Below are positions 14,281 through 26,261 of a stretch of 64,000 nucleotides of DNA, piece by piece. Each line of letters opens with the position of its first letter. The stretch's first letter is position 1. Source of the DNA: Schizochytrium sp. TIO01 (taxonomy: Eukaryota; Protista; Bigyra: Labyrinthulomycetes). The notes below the pieces were generated by a model. That model was not told where the DNA came from and did not search any database. It saw only the letters and a program-made list of their open reading frames with translations. The DNA is taken from the NCBI GenBank assembly GCA_004764695.1, contig SMSO01000031.1:6368761-6432760 (forward strand), in the 5' to 3' direction. A program made the position numbers and the translations under genes.

Positions 14281-15632
14281 ATGAATCTCGAGACGTGTGC
14301 CGAAAATTGCCGGACTGGGTTCGGTGTTGGTATCTGCAAGGCATTTACTTATGAAATTTATGTCGGCAAGAGGCTTTATTGCTACTTCTTCGATGCCTAT
14401 ACCGCACATTTCCTGGGGCCTGAATTTAGAGACAAGTCCTTTGTAGTCAGTACGGGAGCAACCAACGGTGCGGAAGAAGAATTTCTCGATGATAGTCTAT
14501 TGTTTGGAATGATCTAGAACAAACTGTAACTCTCGTCGAATCGAAGTTATACGATGAATAGCAATGGAAACGTTGGTGTCCATCGACTAGGTGTCCTGTG
14601 CAAGTACAAGAAACGATGCTCGTGTGCCACGATCCACAAGAAGTTATTGAAGCTGGTGGCAAAGAGCGATAATAGCTTTGTTGAGGAGGATAGTCCATTT
14701 AATTCTTATGCTGCATTGTGTTTTCAAGGAAGTACGAGCTCGAGTATGATCGAGATGAGTGCAAGTAGCTTGCCCACACTGTTTCAAAAGTTTGCATGCA
14801 AGCTACAATGGACGGGCCGGTCGGCGAGTTTTGTAAGAACAAAAACAAACCAATGGGGATATGGATGATTTGTTGACGGTCTCGGGGGGAGTCACTGGTC
14901 GCCCCTGAAGTAACGTACTGGGGCCCAGAAGGATTCTCCCTATGCAAAAGCAGGCATTTGGGTGGTTGTACCCCAAATTTGTCAACTATTATTTCTATTC
15001 AGTACTGCCATCACATACCGACTTCGCACGTTCCGCGAGGGTACGCTTACGAACTCAAGCTATCCATTTGCATTGGTTTGGCAAGACCTCGTGTACGACA
15101 CGGATGTGTGGTTCTCATTCTACTCATCTGCTGTTGGGTTTGATTCAACCTATGAAGAAACTTTCGGTGAGCTTGCGCATGCCAATGGACTTGGGTTTGC
15201 GATTCACATTCCTGCCGATAATGGTCTGGGCAGTGTGAGTACGCACATTTTTGGCCAGACCTACCAGCACTCTTCGAGCTTGCGCTTTGAAATTATTTCT
15301 TAGAACCAAGACTGCATGTCTCTGTGAACTACAAAAGTGCACGCCAGACTTCTGCTCTGCCATATATCAGCGTCGCGTCTAAAAAGGCTCAAAGTGGCAT
15401 ATTCAGTCGCTATGCCAAGATGCAAGGAATGATAGGTTTGGACCGCACAAATACCAATATTGATGAGACACAACTTGACCCCTTTGTCATCAAACATCTG
15501 TTCACAATTCAATGTGCGTGGGGCAACTTTGCCAACAACGTCGGTGAGGCTTCCACTGTTATGATTGGTCCTTCCTTACTCATAAGTGGAAGTGGTGACT
15601 CAAATGTACAAATGGATACACTAGCAATCTAG
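14281..15632 (+). pseudogene. Fragmented gene for a Cys-rich/surface-type protein with an N-terminal PAN/apple-like motif
   Basis: Chain of short same-strand ORFs (14281-14517, 14554-14868, 14962-15303, 15324-15632) broken by stops and frameshifts. The first reads LETCAENC..GICKAFTY..LYCYFF (CxxxC..C.AFTY..C pattern). Boundaries approximate. Confidence 0.4.
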
Positions 15633-15830
15633 AAACCCTGAGTGTAATTATCATCGTGCAGTGTAAGCTCAAAGGCTCACTTACTAGTACGGAGAAAAGC
15701 ACCGCACACACATGCACCGTTCACATTGGGCACTTCCTCTATAAAGATGTAAATATTTACTTTAGCTAAGGAAATTATTGAGGGGGGATTTATGCGTCTA
15801 GCTCGTTTCCAGAAAGTAATTATTGCTTGA

Positions 15831-17275
15831 TCAGTAAGCCTTGATAGAATTATGAAAGACCTCGGATTTGAAAGACATCACTTTGTTCAGAAACCTGCTG
15901 TGTGTGTCCATCACGAAGGCATCCTTGACCCACTCGAGCGGCGCCAAGAAACGTTCCCTATCCAACATTTTCTCTACTAATAAATGACGTAACGCGTCAT
16001 TAGATGATGGTACCATGGCTATCTGTGAGAAGAAGTGATACATGTATAGCACATGCATAGCTTCTAGGCATTTGTGTGGGTATGTGATAACGGGTTCAAA
16101 GAAAATTCTCCTTGAAAAGGCATGATTGCCCTTCGCAAAGAAAAGGGGTGCCCATTCCTCGTAAACAGACGGAATTGAGAACACCGCGGGAAGGTGAACA
16201 CCTCCTTCTAATCCTATTTGCTGCGTACGGTAAAAAGCGTCCTCAATTGCACGATTTGTGTCTTCTTTCTCTGCAGGGTAACGGGCGTTGGACTTCCAGT
16301 TCGCTACCATGACTGCACGGCGAAACACAGATGTGTTTTGAACACAGTACATCATATATTTGCACCACATAATCAGACGTTTATAAAGGGATGCTAATAT
16401 AGCTGGAGGCTCATGTGCAAAGATGTAAGTTTGAATTTACTTAACCAAGTAAAGCCCGACTGTGAGAATGGTCGCAAAAAGTATTTCTCAAATAAACCCA
16501 CAGTAATCACATCAGGGTCTCTGTGCAACCCAATAGCTCTGTATGGAACATCGCTGATAACTTTGGGCTGCGTCATGAGGTTGTGGGACATGTACTACCC
16601 AAGTCGGCTGATTTCATTGACTTGCCAAAAAGCCGTTTTCGAAACCTCTAAACATCACACCACCAACCTGAATCATTGCAGTTTCGTTGTTTATTTTAAT
16701 GTGAAGTTCACAGAAATCCAAAAGCGAGCGACCTGCATGCCAGGCCAGAAGTTTTGCCATGTCATCGTACAATTCAAACTTCACTCCATGTGAAATCGGT
16801 ACATCAACGCATTCTTAATGATACTCTGCCGTTGAGGCCTGTCATGAATGACGTCCACCACGTCAGGAGGCATGCACGTTTTAATTTTATTTGGCTTCGA
16901 TGCGATCTTTTCAATTGTGGCATACATCTCCCTGAATACTACGGGGCTATAATTCTCCGAAATTTATACCTTGACTATGTATGCTAAAGTGATTGTGCGC
17001 TTTCAATACCGAGTCACCCACTGCTATATCGCATGTCCAGCGAAGGTTACATGGTCCCATGTCTTCCCGAAGAGTCTTCTTACAATGTTCCGCATAGCCT
17101 GAACTGGTGTGAAGATCTTGTGAGAACTGCTACGCCACAGAGAGGTGTCGGTCACCGCTCTGGTGAAATGAGTGTTTTGAGGGTTTGCTAATGGCTTATA
17201 AAATTTTCTTTGCAGTGGGATTGTAGCTCTAATCGTTTGCGGAGCAGTAGCGCGCCTCAGAGGGGACTGAAACAT
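15831..17275 (-). pseudogene. Interrupted gene of unknown function
   Basis: Successive minus-strand protein-like fragments (17024-17275, 16394-16591, 15831-16370) with stops and frameshifts between them. Confidence 0.4.
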
Positions 17276-18107
17276 GGAGCGCGAGATTCGTTGTTAGGCA
17301 CTGGCACTGGTCTCTGGTGGTGCCTGGTGGTCCTGGGAGTTTTTTTGCACATTAAGCACGTTTAATTCGTAGCTTAATTCACTGCCATCGCGCGCCTTGA
17401 GTGCTCCATCCTGCATCGCCACTAACGTATCTACTGCTTCTACTGCCTCTACTTCCTTCTTCTTGGTCGGTCTGGGAGGATGTGAGTCTTTGCTTAATTT
17501 TTACAGTCTATCAGTAAATCAGTGAAATTGTATGAATACTTCACGTCAGGAAGTGTCTTCAAAAGCTTCACTGACAGGGGCTGTTCTGGCGATCCTTCTC
17601 CCAGTCACTTCGGTGCACTAATCAGGAGGGTTGTGCAGGATGTGCATAGCAGGCAGCAATGGATTCTCAGTCATGAGCGCCTTAAATAAAGCCATTACGT
17701 TATCTGCTGCGGTAGTCATAGTGTCCTCAATCCAATTCTGGCCTTGCGGAGGGTGCCTCGATCCACAAACGGAATTTGGGTTTTGCCACGTATCTCGAAA
17801 TGGACACCTGCCGCCGGTTTTAGAAAAGAAAAGAAAAGAAATCAATGTTAGCTTATAAATGACTAAACAAAGGGTGTTTGTCATAAATGACTTCTACCGT
17901 TCATAAAAATAAAAATATGAATTCCTTCCGGCCGAACTAATTTTATTTAATACTACTACTAATAATAATAATAATATGGTTTTAAAAAAACTTAACATGC
18001 TCATGGTGGTGATTTCCAAATACCTGCATTTACACCCCCGCCACCGAGTCGATTTTGGGGGGAGAAGGGGGATTGCAGTAGGAGCAGCAGATCCTTAATG
18101 TCTCAGG

Positions 18108-18551
18108 ATGAATCAGACAATGGCGGAGGGGCTCGAGAGCCTGATCCAAGTTCTGGTGGGCACCCCAGATGTGTTAGATGGCGTGATACTATTGCTTACA
18201 GCGATCGTAGGATTCGGCCGTATTGCGATAAATGTGTTGCAATTTCTAATGTGGTTCATCCGAGAAGTAGTACTTATGGTACTGATCGTGCTTCACAAAG
18301 TTTGTCTCCTGGTTGTGTGTCTTATAAAACAAGCGTCCGTGTTTTATCGAGAGAAGATGAAACCAACGCGGCCCTCCACGACTACATCCAGCGTGAATTC
18401 GAGTCACCAGTGCACGGAGACAACATGCGCAGAAGGGAGTGTGTCCACGACACCCCTGCGCCGCTCGGAGCGCATAGCATCCAAGACTCTGACTCCCGCG
18501 GTTCGATGCGAACCACGCTCCTTAACCAAGACTTGCTCACCCAGCTTATAA
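18108..18551 (+). CDS. Small membrane protein of unknown function with basic C-terminal tail
   Basis: 147 aa ATG ORF with hydrophobic N-terminal half and a PLRRSERIASK tail. A 166 aa ORF overlaps in another frame, so the coding frame is uncertain. Confidence 0.4.
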   Translation: MNQTMAEGLESLIQVLVGTPDVLDGVILLLTAIVGFGRIAINVLQFLMWFIREVVLMVLIVLHKVCLLVVCLIKQASVFYREKMKPTRPSTTTSSVNSSHQCTETTCAEGSVSTTPLRRSERIASKTLTPAVRCEPRSLTKTCSPSL

Positions 18552-18731
18552 TCCACGAACGAATTTTAGGAAAAACTTCGCACAATTCACCACCTTGATG
18601 TGCACGATATCCTTTCACCCGCGAACCCACGTTCGTTGGTCTCTGGCCGCTCTCAGATTTAAATAAATAGATAATCCAATATCAAAACATTTGCTCTGCC
18701 AAATCCACCTCAATCCACGAACGAATTTTAG
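18550..18731 (+). repeat. 20 bp exact direct repeat AATCCACGAACGAATTTTAG (18550-18569 and 18712-18731)
   Basis: Read directly from the sequence. Confidence 0.85.
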
Positions 18732-19060
18732 AAATGGACAGGAAAAAAAGGATATAACTCACTCCTACTGTACTTATTTAAATTTAAATAAAAAAAAGCT
18801 TTAAAAAAAAAACTCTTCCAACTGATTGATATCAAAACACTTTTAACGCTAGTATCAAAAAAGAAAGAGAAAGAAAACCTTTTTGTTAAATGGCCATAGT
18901 AATGATTCCATAATCATGTAGGCATGTAAGGTTTTTTCTTATGGGATTGTGAAAAGGACATTGGAGCAGCAGATCCCAAACGTCTCTCGAGGAATTAGCC
19001 AAACATAGGGTTGTACAAGATGCTAAGCTTCCTTGTGATGATACGGTAATTGGCCTTCTT

Positions 19061-20192
19061 TTGCAAACGGTGCTCCCCCTTCTTTTGCAAACGGTGCTCA
19101 GAATGTTCATCACAGCACCACTGCAAACCATAGCTGGCAAAGTTCGACACCTGCTAGTAAATGCCTATCAAAATAGCCTTCATGCACTTAAGGTGCTCCG
19201 GTCTCGCCTTCTATCCATAACACGCGAGGCGCTGAAAATACGTGACAAAGTTCGTTTCCTGCCAGTGAAGCAGACAATCACAAAGTTGCAAGAGATTCTG
19301 CCACAACTTCTGCCGGCCATCCGAACGGGTTCATCCGTAACTATAGTCTTGTATACGTGGATCGAGTTCAGAGCTCGTATATTTGTTGAAAAAAACTATT
19401 GCTCTGTAGCATGGAAGGAGTATTTCGATATTGATGATTGGCACACCGTCTGCATGATTCCGCCTGAAGACTGGGCCGATCAGGAGGTAAAGGATTTAAT
19501 GAATACTATTATTTACAAGGATCCGGCCTTAATTCTGTGGTTCTTGGAGCAGGAGTACGTACACGATGGACCTTTTTTAACGTTTGCATATATGGCGAGT
19601 TATTTTATTGTACTGATGCTTTTCTGGTCTCTCCTTCAATACATATCATGCACGGTACTGGCCTGGCTAGTGCGTTTGAAAGACATGGAGTTGCATGAGC
19701 GTCTAGCCCACCTTCTACTTTCCATTCTCTGGGCCATCCAATTTGTTTTACCCCCGACGATAGCCTGGGGTTGCATGATTGCTATGGTTAAGAACATAGA
19801 AAGTAGCAATTTTTGTACGGAAAAAGGATATGATGAAATATATAGCCCGTTATGTTTAGCTGCGATGGGATGAGATCTTAGGTCCGAGGTTATTCTGGGG
19901 GGTGTACGTAAAGGCTGGCATGGGCTCTTTGATAATTATTTTCATTCTAGCTTGTCTAGGTTTTAGCGCCGTACTTTCCTTACTGGCTGTGCTCTTTTTT
20001 CTTATTCTAAACGGACTATACTATGTGCTAACCATGATGTTGACCGTTTGTTGCCTGTTCGTATGTCTACTAGATCCAGTTGTCAGTATTTTTAGGGAAT
20101 ACCACACCGCATTGCAACAGGGAGATTCGTTTTTCCTAATGAGGGAGAAATCACTGCGGCCATCCGCCGCTAAAAAATGCGAAGATATCTGA
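19061..20192 (+). pseudogene. Interrupted multi-pass membrane protein
   Basis: 270 aa hydrophobic ORF ends in TGA at 19871-19873. Hydrophobic coding resumes in another frame (19902-20192) after a G6 run. Confidence 0.45.
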
Positions 20193-21736
20193 CGAAGCGG
20201 TGCAAAAGGGGTAGTAGACACAAGGAGTGAGAGAGGATTTAAGATCCACGTCGGCAAGATTTAATATATTGAAATAAATGGATAATTCATTTGGTGGTAC
20301 TAAGATGTTGACGTAACGTGCAATGACTGACATTGCATTTGCACAATGGATAAGGTAGTAATTGAAGTTAAGGTAAGGAATTTTGGCATCTTGAAGGTTT
20401 TGCAGCATTGACCCAACATTAATATCCACAACAACCATGCTTATACTGACTATGAGTATAGCATCGGTAACAATGTCTATCAGAGAGTCAAAATTAACTT
20501 TCTCAGCTCCCACAAACCGTCTTAGTGGGCGAGCAGCGCACAATTGTGTCGAAACAAGGGTTTATGACCCAAACGTTCAAAAGGATAATCGTACAGGACA
20601 CGGGAACGATATAAATAAGAGCATTGACCACTGTGTGTGGCAAGACTTCCGTAAAGTCAATTTCATACGTTTCAATCAGGCTCTCTCTGCTGAAAGGTGA
20701 TACTGATTAGCGTGAGGTTGACTGTAAAGATGAAGGTAGAAGGCTTGATGAAGGCTATAAGAAGGTTGCTTTAAGAGTTAGCGAACTGCTGTCCTGAGGA
20801 ATGAATTCCAGGACAGATGGATTCATGTAGTAATTAGGGAGATTAAGACATTCTTGAATATGGTTAGAGATAATCGATGGGGTTAGGTTATCCAACCTTC
20901 TCCACCATCGATCCAAGCTAACCAAGCTTGAGTGTTGGTGATGTGTATTCACACTTCTAGTTCTTGGCTTCAGCAGCCACATAAATCTGGCTGCTTATTC
21001 TTGTTCTAATGTAAACCTTATTTCTAATGGGTTTTACAAAGGGACACCAAGAACTCTAGCAATGTGTTGTCCACTAGTTCCTTCGATTGGAGATCTCAGC
21101 ACTCTCTTTGTCCTTGAAAGCTCGTAGGGCTGTTGAGAAATAAATTGAACTTGGTTTGACGATCTCGTTCAGTAGCTTGATGATGGATTGCATCAGCGCG
21201 ACACTTACCTTCCCAAGCCAACCACAATGAACCGACCCCAGGTCTTCTGTGATATCATCAATGGCTGCAAAGAAGATCTGGCTACCGGATAGGTCACCAT
21301 ACAATTTCGCAATGCCATCCTTCTCTGTAATGGTAATATCAGCATAGGTGGCATCATAGGTTATATAGATAATAATAGGTATAGGGACAATACTAAATAA
21401 AAGAGGCTGAAGGTATTGCACTTTCCAATCGAGCAGAGCAATCAGTAGAGCGTCTGACTCTGGTGCGACGCGAAAGGCGAAGACGCCAATGAGGTTTAGG
21501 GACGCGTGCAGTAGAGGAAATCGGGAAATCAAACCGGCGATGGACTTGTAGACGCGCTCACCGAAGAGGCGGTAAAGTGGTTCTTTGGTACTCACCGTCG
21601 CTTCGGCATCAGCACCATGTCCATCTTGGTCTCTTTCTGCGCGAACTTTCAAAAGTGCCTGGGTCACATCCTTGTAAAGCTCCGTGGCGACCTCTTCGTG
21701 CTCTTTTTGTTTCGCGTTTTTCACTGACGCGCGCAA
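20151..21736 (-). pseudogene. Fragmented membrane-protein gene(s) of unknown function
   Basis: Protein-like minus-strand fragments 21074-21736 (220 aa, non-ATG start), 20755-20982 and 20151-20543. Confidence 0.35.
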
Positions 21737-22207
21737 ACGCGACTACCGTGAGTGATGTTGATTTGGAATGGTCACGGCTAACCAGGGTGGACTTTTCTTC
21801 ACTATCTGAAACGAAGCTTTCCTTTGCGTCGCCTGAACTAGAGCTGACCCGATCGTTGTTCTTGCTCTTGCTCTAGCCCTTCTTTACTCAAACCTCACCA
21901 ACTTCAAGTTTGCCCAAGAAGGCTGGCTCGTACGACTCTCAAACCACGCAAAGGACCATGCCTTGAACTTCTCAATCGATGAGTTTGATGGAAATTATTT
22001 GACCTGCTAAAACGAAAGGATCTGCCAACACATTTTTGGTTTTGAAAGAAGAAGAATTTTTATGAAAATTTATTTCCTCTGTTGAAGTTTAATTCGAGTC
22101 GAAGGAAGGAAGCCTCTCTTTTTTACCTGTGCTCCTCTTCTCTTTTCATTTTATAATAGTTTTATTTGTTTTTATTTGTTCTTGTGTCTTTACAAGAAGA
22201 AACTAAA

Positions 22208-22651
22208 ATGAACATCGTTATTCGCGACCTCACGCACAACAAACCAGGTTTGATCTTGAATGGACTGACGCAGACGAAACAGTCTACAAGCAACTTGTGG
22301 CACTTCGGAAACTCGAAGCGGTCGACTCTAACTAAATAGGTTGTAAAGAAAAAGCATGAACAGGATGATGATGAGGACGAGGAGGAAGAAGACGTTGATT
22401 CTTCTGACGAAGTGGAAGAGAATGAAGAGGATGAAGAGGATGAAGAGGAAGCCGAACAGAGTAATGTAACCGAGGAGATGATCCTTTGCGTACAAAATGC
22501 GACAATCTCAATCCTCTCCGATTCCACTGAGTTTTTCCAATGTGAACCCCACCACCTCAACTTTATTCTAGCCATTCTAGGTCTCGACACTTGCGATTCT
22601 GATGATCTTGAGACAGAAGATGAAGACTCTGATGAAGAAGATGACGAGTGA
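22208..22651 (+). pseudogene. Asp/Glu-rich acidic protein with one in-frame premature stop
   Basis: ATG at 22208 (MNIVIRDLTHNK...) is in frame with the acidic ORF 22412-22651, interrupted only by TAG at 22337-22339. Confidence 0.55.
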
Positions 22652-22779
22652 AACCAAATGTCGTCCTTTCTAGTTCATTCTTTTATAAACTTCAAAACGT
22701 TTTCAAGTCTTTTTTTATTTCAATCAATCACAAACAAGAAAGTAAAAAACAGAACCCCCCTTTTGGTTTCGTTACCAAG

Positions 22780-23130
22780 GAACTTGTCGCGATTCTTTCT
22801 GTTCTACAGTATCAATGGCTTGGAATACCACAGTTGATAGTAGGATCCTATAATAGGGCAGCATTATTACACTTCCTTGGTTTTGCAAGCCACCTTACCA
22901 CGTCGAGGCGACCATGTGCAGCGGCCTGGTGCAGCGGCGCCCATCCATTGTTATCTTTGACATTGGGATTTGCTCCTGTTTAAGGTCTCAATTATCTCCT
23001 TGTTTGGTGAAAAGCTCCCACTGTCTTGACAGAATTGCCAGTAATCATTTTGGCCTCTTGGATGCTGCTTGACGCTATATGCGCCTTGGGCTGGGCAGGA
23101 GGTGTTTGCCCAACTCCATATTTCTCCCTT
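22780..23130 (-). pseudogene. Ankyrin-repeat gene relic
   Basis: Minus-strand translation of ~22884-22977 gives GANPNVKDNNGWAPLHQAAAHGRLDVVRWL, a near-consensus ankyrin repeat surrounded by stops and frameshifts. It is not in the supplied ORF track. Confidence 0.75.
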
Positions 23131-23329
23131 TGATAAATGAATGAAAAGAGGAATGAAAAGATAAAGAAAGAATTAAAACGTAAAGAAATCAAAGAACCCT
23201 CTGATCTCATCAAGTCAAAATTCGGGAACTCTTTGCCATTTTTTCATTCAAAGCATCCCTAAAAGTTTTTGCCTTTGGAGAACACAAAAGACAGTCAGAC
23301 TAAGATCAACAAGTTCAAGACAACTTGGA

Positions 23330-24505
23330 GTAAACCTGCTGCACTTGCTCAATGATCCCACGGTGAAGAACGCTTCACCCCACCTGCTAGACATCTGGCA
23401 CTACACGAATCGCTTCATTGGAGCGAAGGGCTTTGTCTACCACGCAGCCCAAGTAGCACGCATGCATGCGCGGCCTGGCCTATGCCTCTAAGCAGGATAG
23501 AAATAATCTCAAGGTGCGATTTCTCGAGGAGCGCGATACAATAGGAGTGGACTGGGATTTTGTCAAGAAGTCGGAGGGTTTTCAAGGACTTTCCGGTGAA
23601 ACTTCTGAAGTCCACGAGCAGCAAGTGGACTTTGAAAATCCCATAGTATTTATCACCAGTCCCTGGTTCGCCCATCAGAGAAACTGTACCCATTTATCCC
23701 GATGGAAATGCAGCCAAGTTTCCTATGCTTACTGAGAAGTTCGCTCGCCGCTTGATCTTGCGTTGCGGCCAGAAGTGTCTCTAGCAGATAAGGACTAAGC
23801 TGAGTTCCTGCTTGCCATGAATGATAGATGTTGTGGTGAAGGTTGCTACTGGTCAGTACGTGCAGCCTGAAGAGCAGGAGCAGCAGGAGCAAGAGAACCG
23901 AGGTACTAAACGTCCTATGTCCTGGCAGGAAGAACTAGAGTACCAGGAGCGTATGGAGAAGCTCAAGCTAAAGAAAGCTCACCGAGATGCCGAAGAAGCC
24001 CGCCCAGTTGAGGCAGATTCAGGCAGAGAATTTCTTCAAAATGATGGCCGCCTATGGAGGTGACGAGTCTGACTGTGACAAGATCCACCGCATGGATTAC
24101 CGGCGCAATATCGTTTTCCCATTGCTGATTCCTTGCTTCAGGATATCGGGGGAAGTTACTCACAAATGCAGAGTGGCCAGCCTGTGCACACCATTATGGA
24201 CGCCAAGCCTGCACACAGAGAAATTACCATTTCCGAAGTTGCTTTGCGATTGATTGCTGGGCCGCCCTGCACGCAACAAGGAACTTCCCAAGTTTGTAAT
24301 GGCTGTGAGCAAACTCTATTTTGCTAAGTACGGCACCAAGCCTCCCAAGCGCAGCCAGTTCGTGGATGGTGCGCCTCGCCAAGTCAATTCTTATACTACT
24401 CAGGACCTTGACCTTCTTGAGCAAGGCATATTCATCAGTGTATCTAATAAAACTCTACTAGTAGAGAAATCGATGAATATTTCTAGATTTTTAACACTCA
24501 AATAA
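23330..24505 (+). pseudogene. Frameshifted large-DNA-virus-type DNA-binding protein (antirepressor/KilA/Bro-like N-terminus, coiled coil, conserved C-terminal module)
   Basis: Stitched frames read FVYHAAQVARM/GLAYASKQDRNNLKVRFLEERDTIGVDWDF ... MLTEKFARRLILRCG ... EELEYQERMEKLKL ... ITISEVALRL/LGRP..KLYFAKYGTKPPKRSQFVDGAPRQVNSYTTQDLDLLEQ. The C-terminal motif resembles giant-virus Bro/KilA-associated proteins (recalled, not searched). Confidence 0.6.
24369..24443 (+). repeat. Direct repeat copy 1 (75 bp), left of the HNH gene
   Basis: Matches 26262-26338 with 2 substitutions and one 2-nt indel. Confidence 0.95.
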
Positions 24506-24737
24506 AACGAAAATGTAGTACCTCTAGATCTTCCTGCACACAAAATTGAATCGGAGGAGAGTGATGAGTCATCCATGCGTCATTAAAATCCTCTTTCCAC
24601 CTTTGGTTTTTCATAGGTACCCTTTTATTTAGTTCCTCATTCCTCCCAAAAGCAGACGGTCACCGCTGACTAAGAAAGCTTAAAATCTCTTTTATAGATA
24701 CGAAGGTGAGAGTGTGAAAGAAGAGGAGGGAGAGAAA

Positions 24738-26174
24738 ATGGGAAAGGGCAAGCGCCGCCAAAGCCGCAAACGCGGTGACGACAGTGCGACGACGAACGGG
24801 GGCGCGACAGGAGCCGAAGCGTCAGGCAGTCGCGGGGGTGTGCCGTTCCGGAAGGTCGGTATTGGGAGTTTAGATCCCGTCCCTGAGAATAACGCAATGG
24901 AGAATCAAGCAGACCTGGATGATGCCGAGAGCAGGCGCCGCGCAGCCCAACGAGTATATGATGATGCGATCAAAGATCTCAAAGAACTAGAGGAGAAGAT
25001 CAAGCATCTTGAAGATGCAGCTGATGAGGACAACGAACAGGATATTTTCGACCAACTGCCTGAATTTTATAAACGCCGTTTTGGAAATGTTGATGGTTAC
25101 TTCGACTATTTATCCAAGAAAGAGGAGTCTTTGACCAAAAAACTACAAGTTCGCGCCGAAGCACTGACGATGGCCACTCAGGAGGTCATAGACCTTAGGG
25201 CAGCACTCAGACTGATCACACACGGTGATAAGCGCTATTTTGAGGTCACTGGTTGGATCAAAGGATCGAAGTATAGTTCTGGCGTTCGTCAGAGCGTCTA
25301 CTATGCCGCAGCTGACACAGGTGGAATGTACCTCACCTCGGTCGATGAAGAGCCTTACGATGCTCATCGAAATGCTATACACTATGATGGAGAAAACCTC
25401 AACTTTAAGCTTTTCTTTTGTGACGAAAAGGCGGCCAGAAAATTTACAGTCTTGATTTCCAATGGCCGGAGTCAGCGAGTGAACGCGAAGATGTCTATTT
25501 TGGAGGAAAAGATATTCCCCCCAGACCTACATAACATTCTTTACGACGATTATGATACTACGGATGAACCAGACTTGCCTGGCACCTCCCACACATCTTC
25601 AATCTCTAGCAAGACTTTGGCCGACTTGTCGAGTAACCTGGCCAGATTTCAATCCATTGAACGTTCTGATTTAGTGGCGCGTGGTAAAGCACAAGTCTGT
25701 CACCTTATGGATAAGAGTCACGTTGGAAGCATCGAAGGTTTCTCTGATGATGACAACAATAAGCTATGCTTAACCCCGACTCTTCACGCGAAGTTCGATG
25801 GGGATCGGAACAGGCACGGATATACATCCCCCCCTGACATACTGATCGAGCCCGTTATAGGGCCGCGAGAGGGCCTCATTGTTACCGCTCCAGAGGTAAT
25901 TGAAAACCCTGGATTCACCGATGACCAACTACAGGAACGTGCTTTGGTGTGGCTCAAAGTGAGCTTTCCTTTCAAAGAAGACTTCATTCTTTTTGGGAAT
26001 CTACTCAAATTTGGTAGCATCGTTGATCCCGAGGAGGACCTAGAGTCGCAGTATTGGGCTGTCTACACTTTTGTCCACGTTCTTGATAAAGATCAGTTTA
26101 CGAAGAATGTTGATTGGAAAGCAAAACGCACGAGGGAAACATGGGAGGAAAGGGGATTTGATCAAATAAATTAA
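24738..26174 (+). CDS. Crinkler (CRN/CR)-type effector-like protein with coiled-coil N-terminus and C-terminal HNH-type endonuclease
   Basis: Intact 478 aa from ATG 24738 (the track starts at an upstream GTG). Basic NLS-like KGKRRQSRKR, then a coiled coil. C-terminus FQSIE..KAQVCHLMDKSH..DDNNKLCLTPTLHAKFDG..LKFGS..YTFVHVLDKDQFTKNVDWK shows an H..N..H nuclease pattern resembling oomycete/chytrid CRN C-terminal domains. Confidence 0.75.
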   Translation: MGKGKRRQSRKRGDDSATTNGGATGAEASGSRGGVPFRKVGIGSLDPVPENNAMENQADLDDAESRRRAAQRVYDDAIKDLKELEEKIKHLEDAADEDNEQDIFDQLPEFYKRRFGNVDGYFDYLSKKEESLTKKLQVRAEALTMATQEVIDLRAALRLITHGDKRYFEVTGWIKGSKYSSGVRQSVYYAAADTGGMYLTSVDEEPYDAHRNAIHYDGENLNFKLFFCDEKAARKFTVLISNGRSQRVNAKMSILEEKIFPPDLHNILYDDYDTTDEPDLPGTSHTSSISSKTLADLSSNLARFQSIERSDLVARGKAQVCHLMDKSHVGSIEGFSDDDNNKLCLTPTLHAKFDGDRNRHGYTSPPDILIEPVIGPREGLIVTAPEVIENPGFTDDQLQERALVWLKVSFPFKEDFILFGNLLKFGSIVDPEEDLESQYWAVYTFVHVLDKDQFTKNVDWKAKRTRETWEERGFDQIN

Positions 26175-26261
26175 CCATCTGAACTTAAAAAAATGAAAAT
26201 TAATTACCACTAAGGCAGAATGTCTCCGGACCGTCTATATTCTCAACCAGTTCTGCAGACA

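Noticed and set aside
22162-22590. 142 aa poly-Ser minus ORF
   Set aside because: Reverse complement of the Asp/Glu-rich plus-strand frame.
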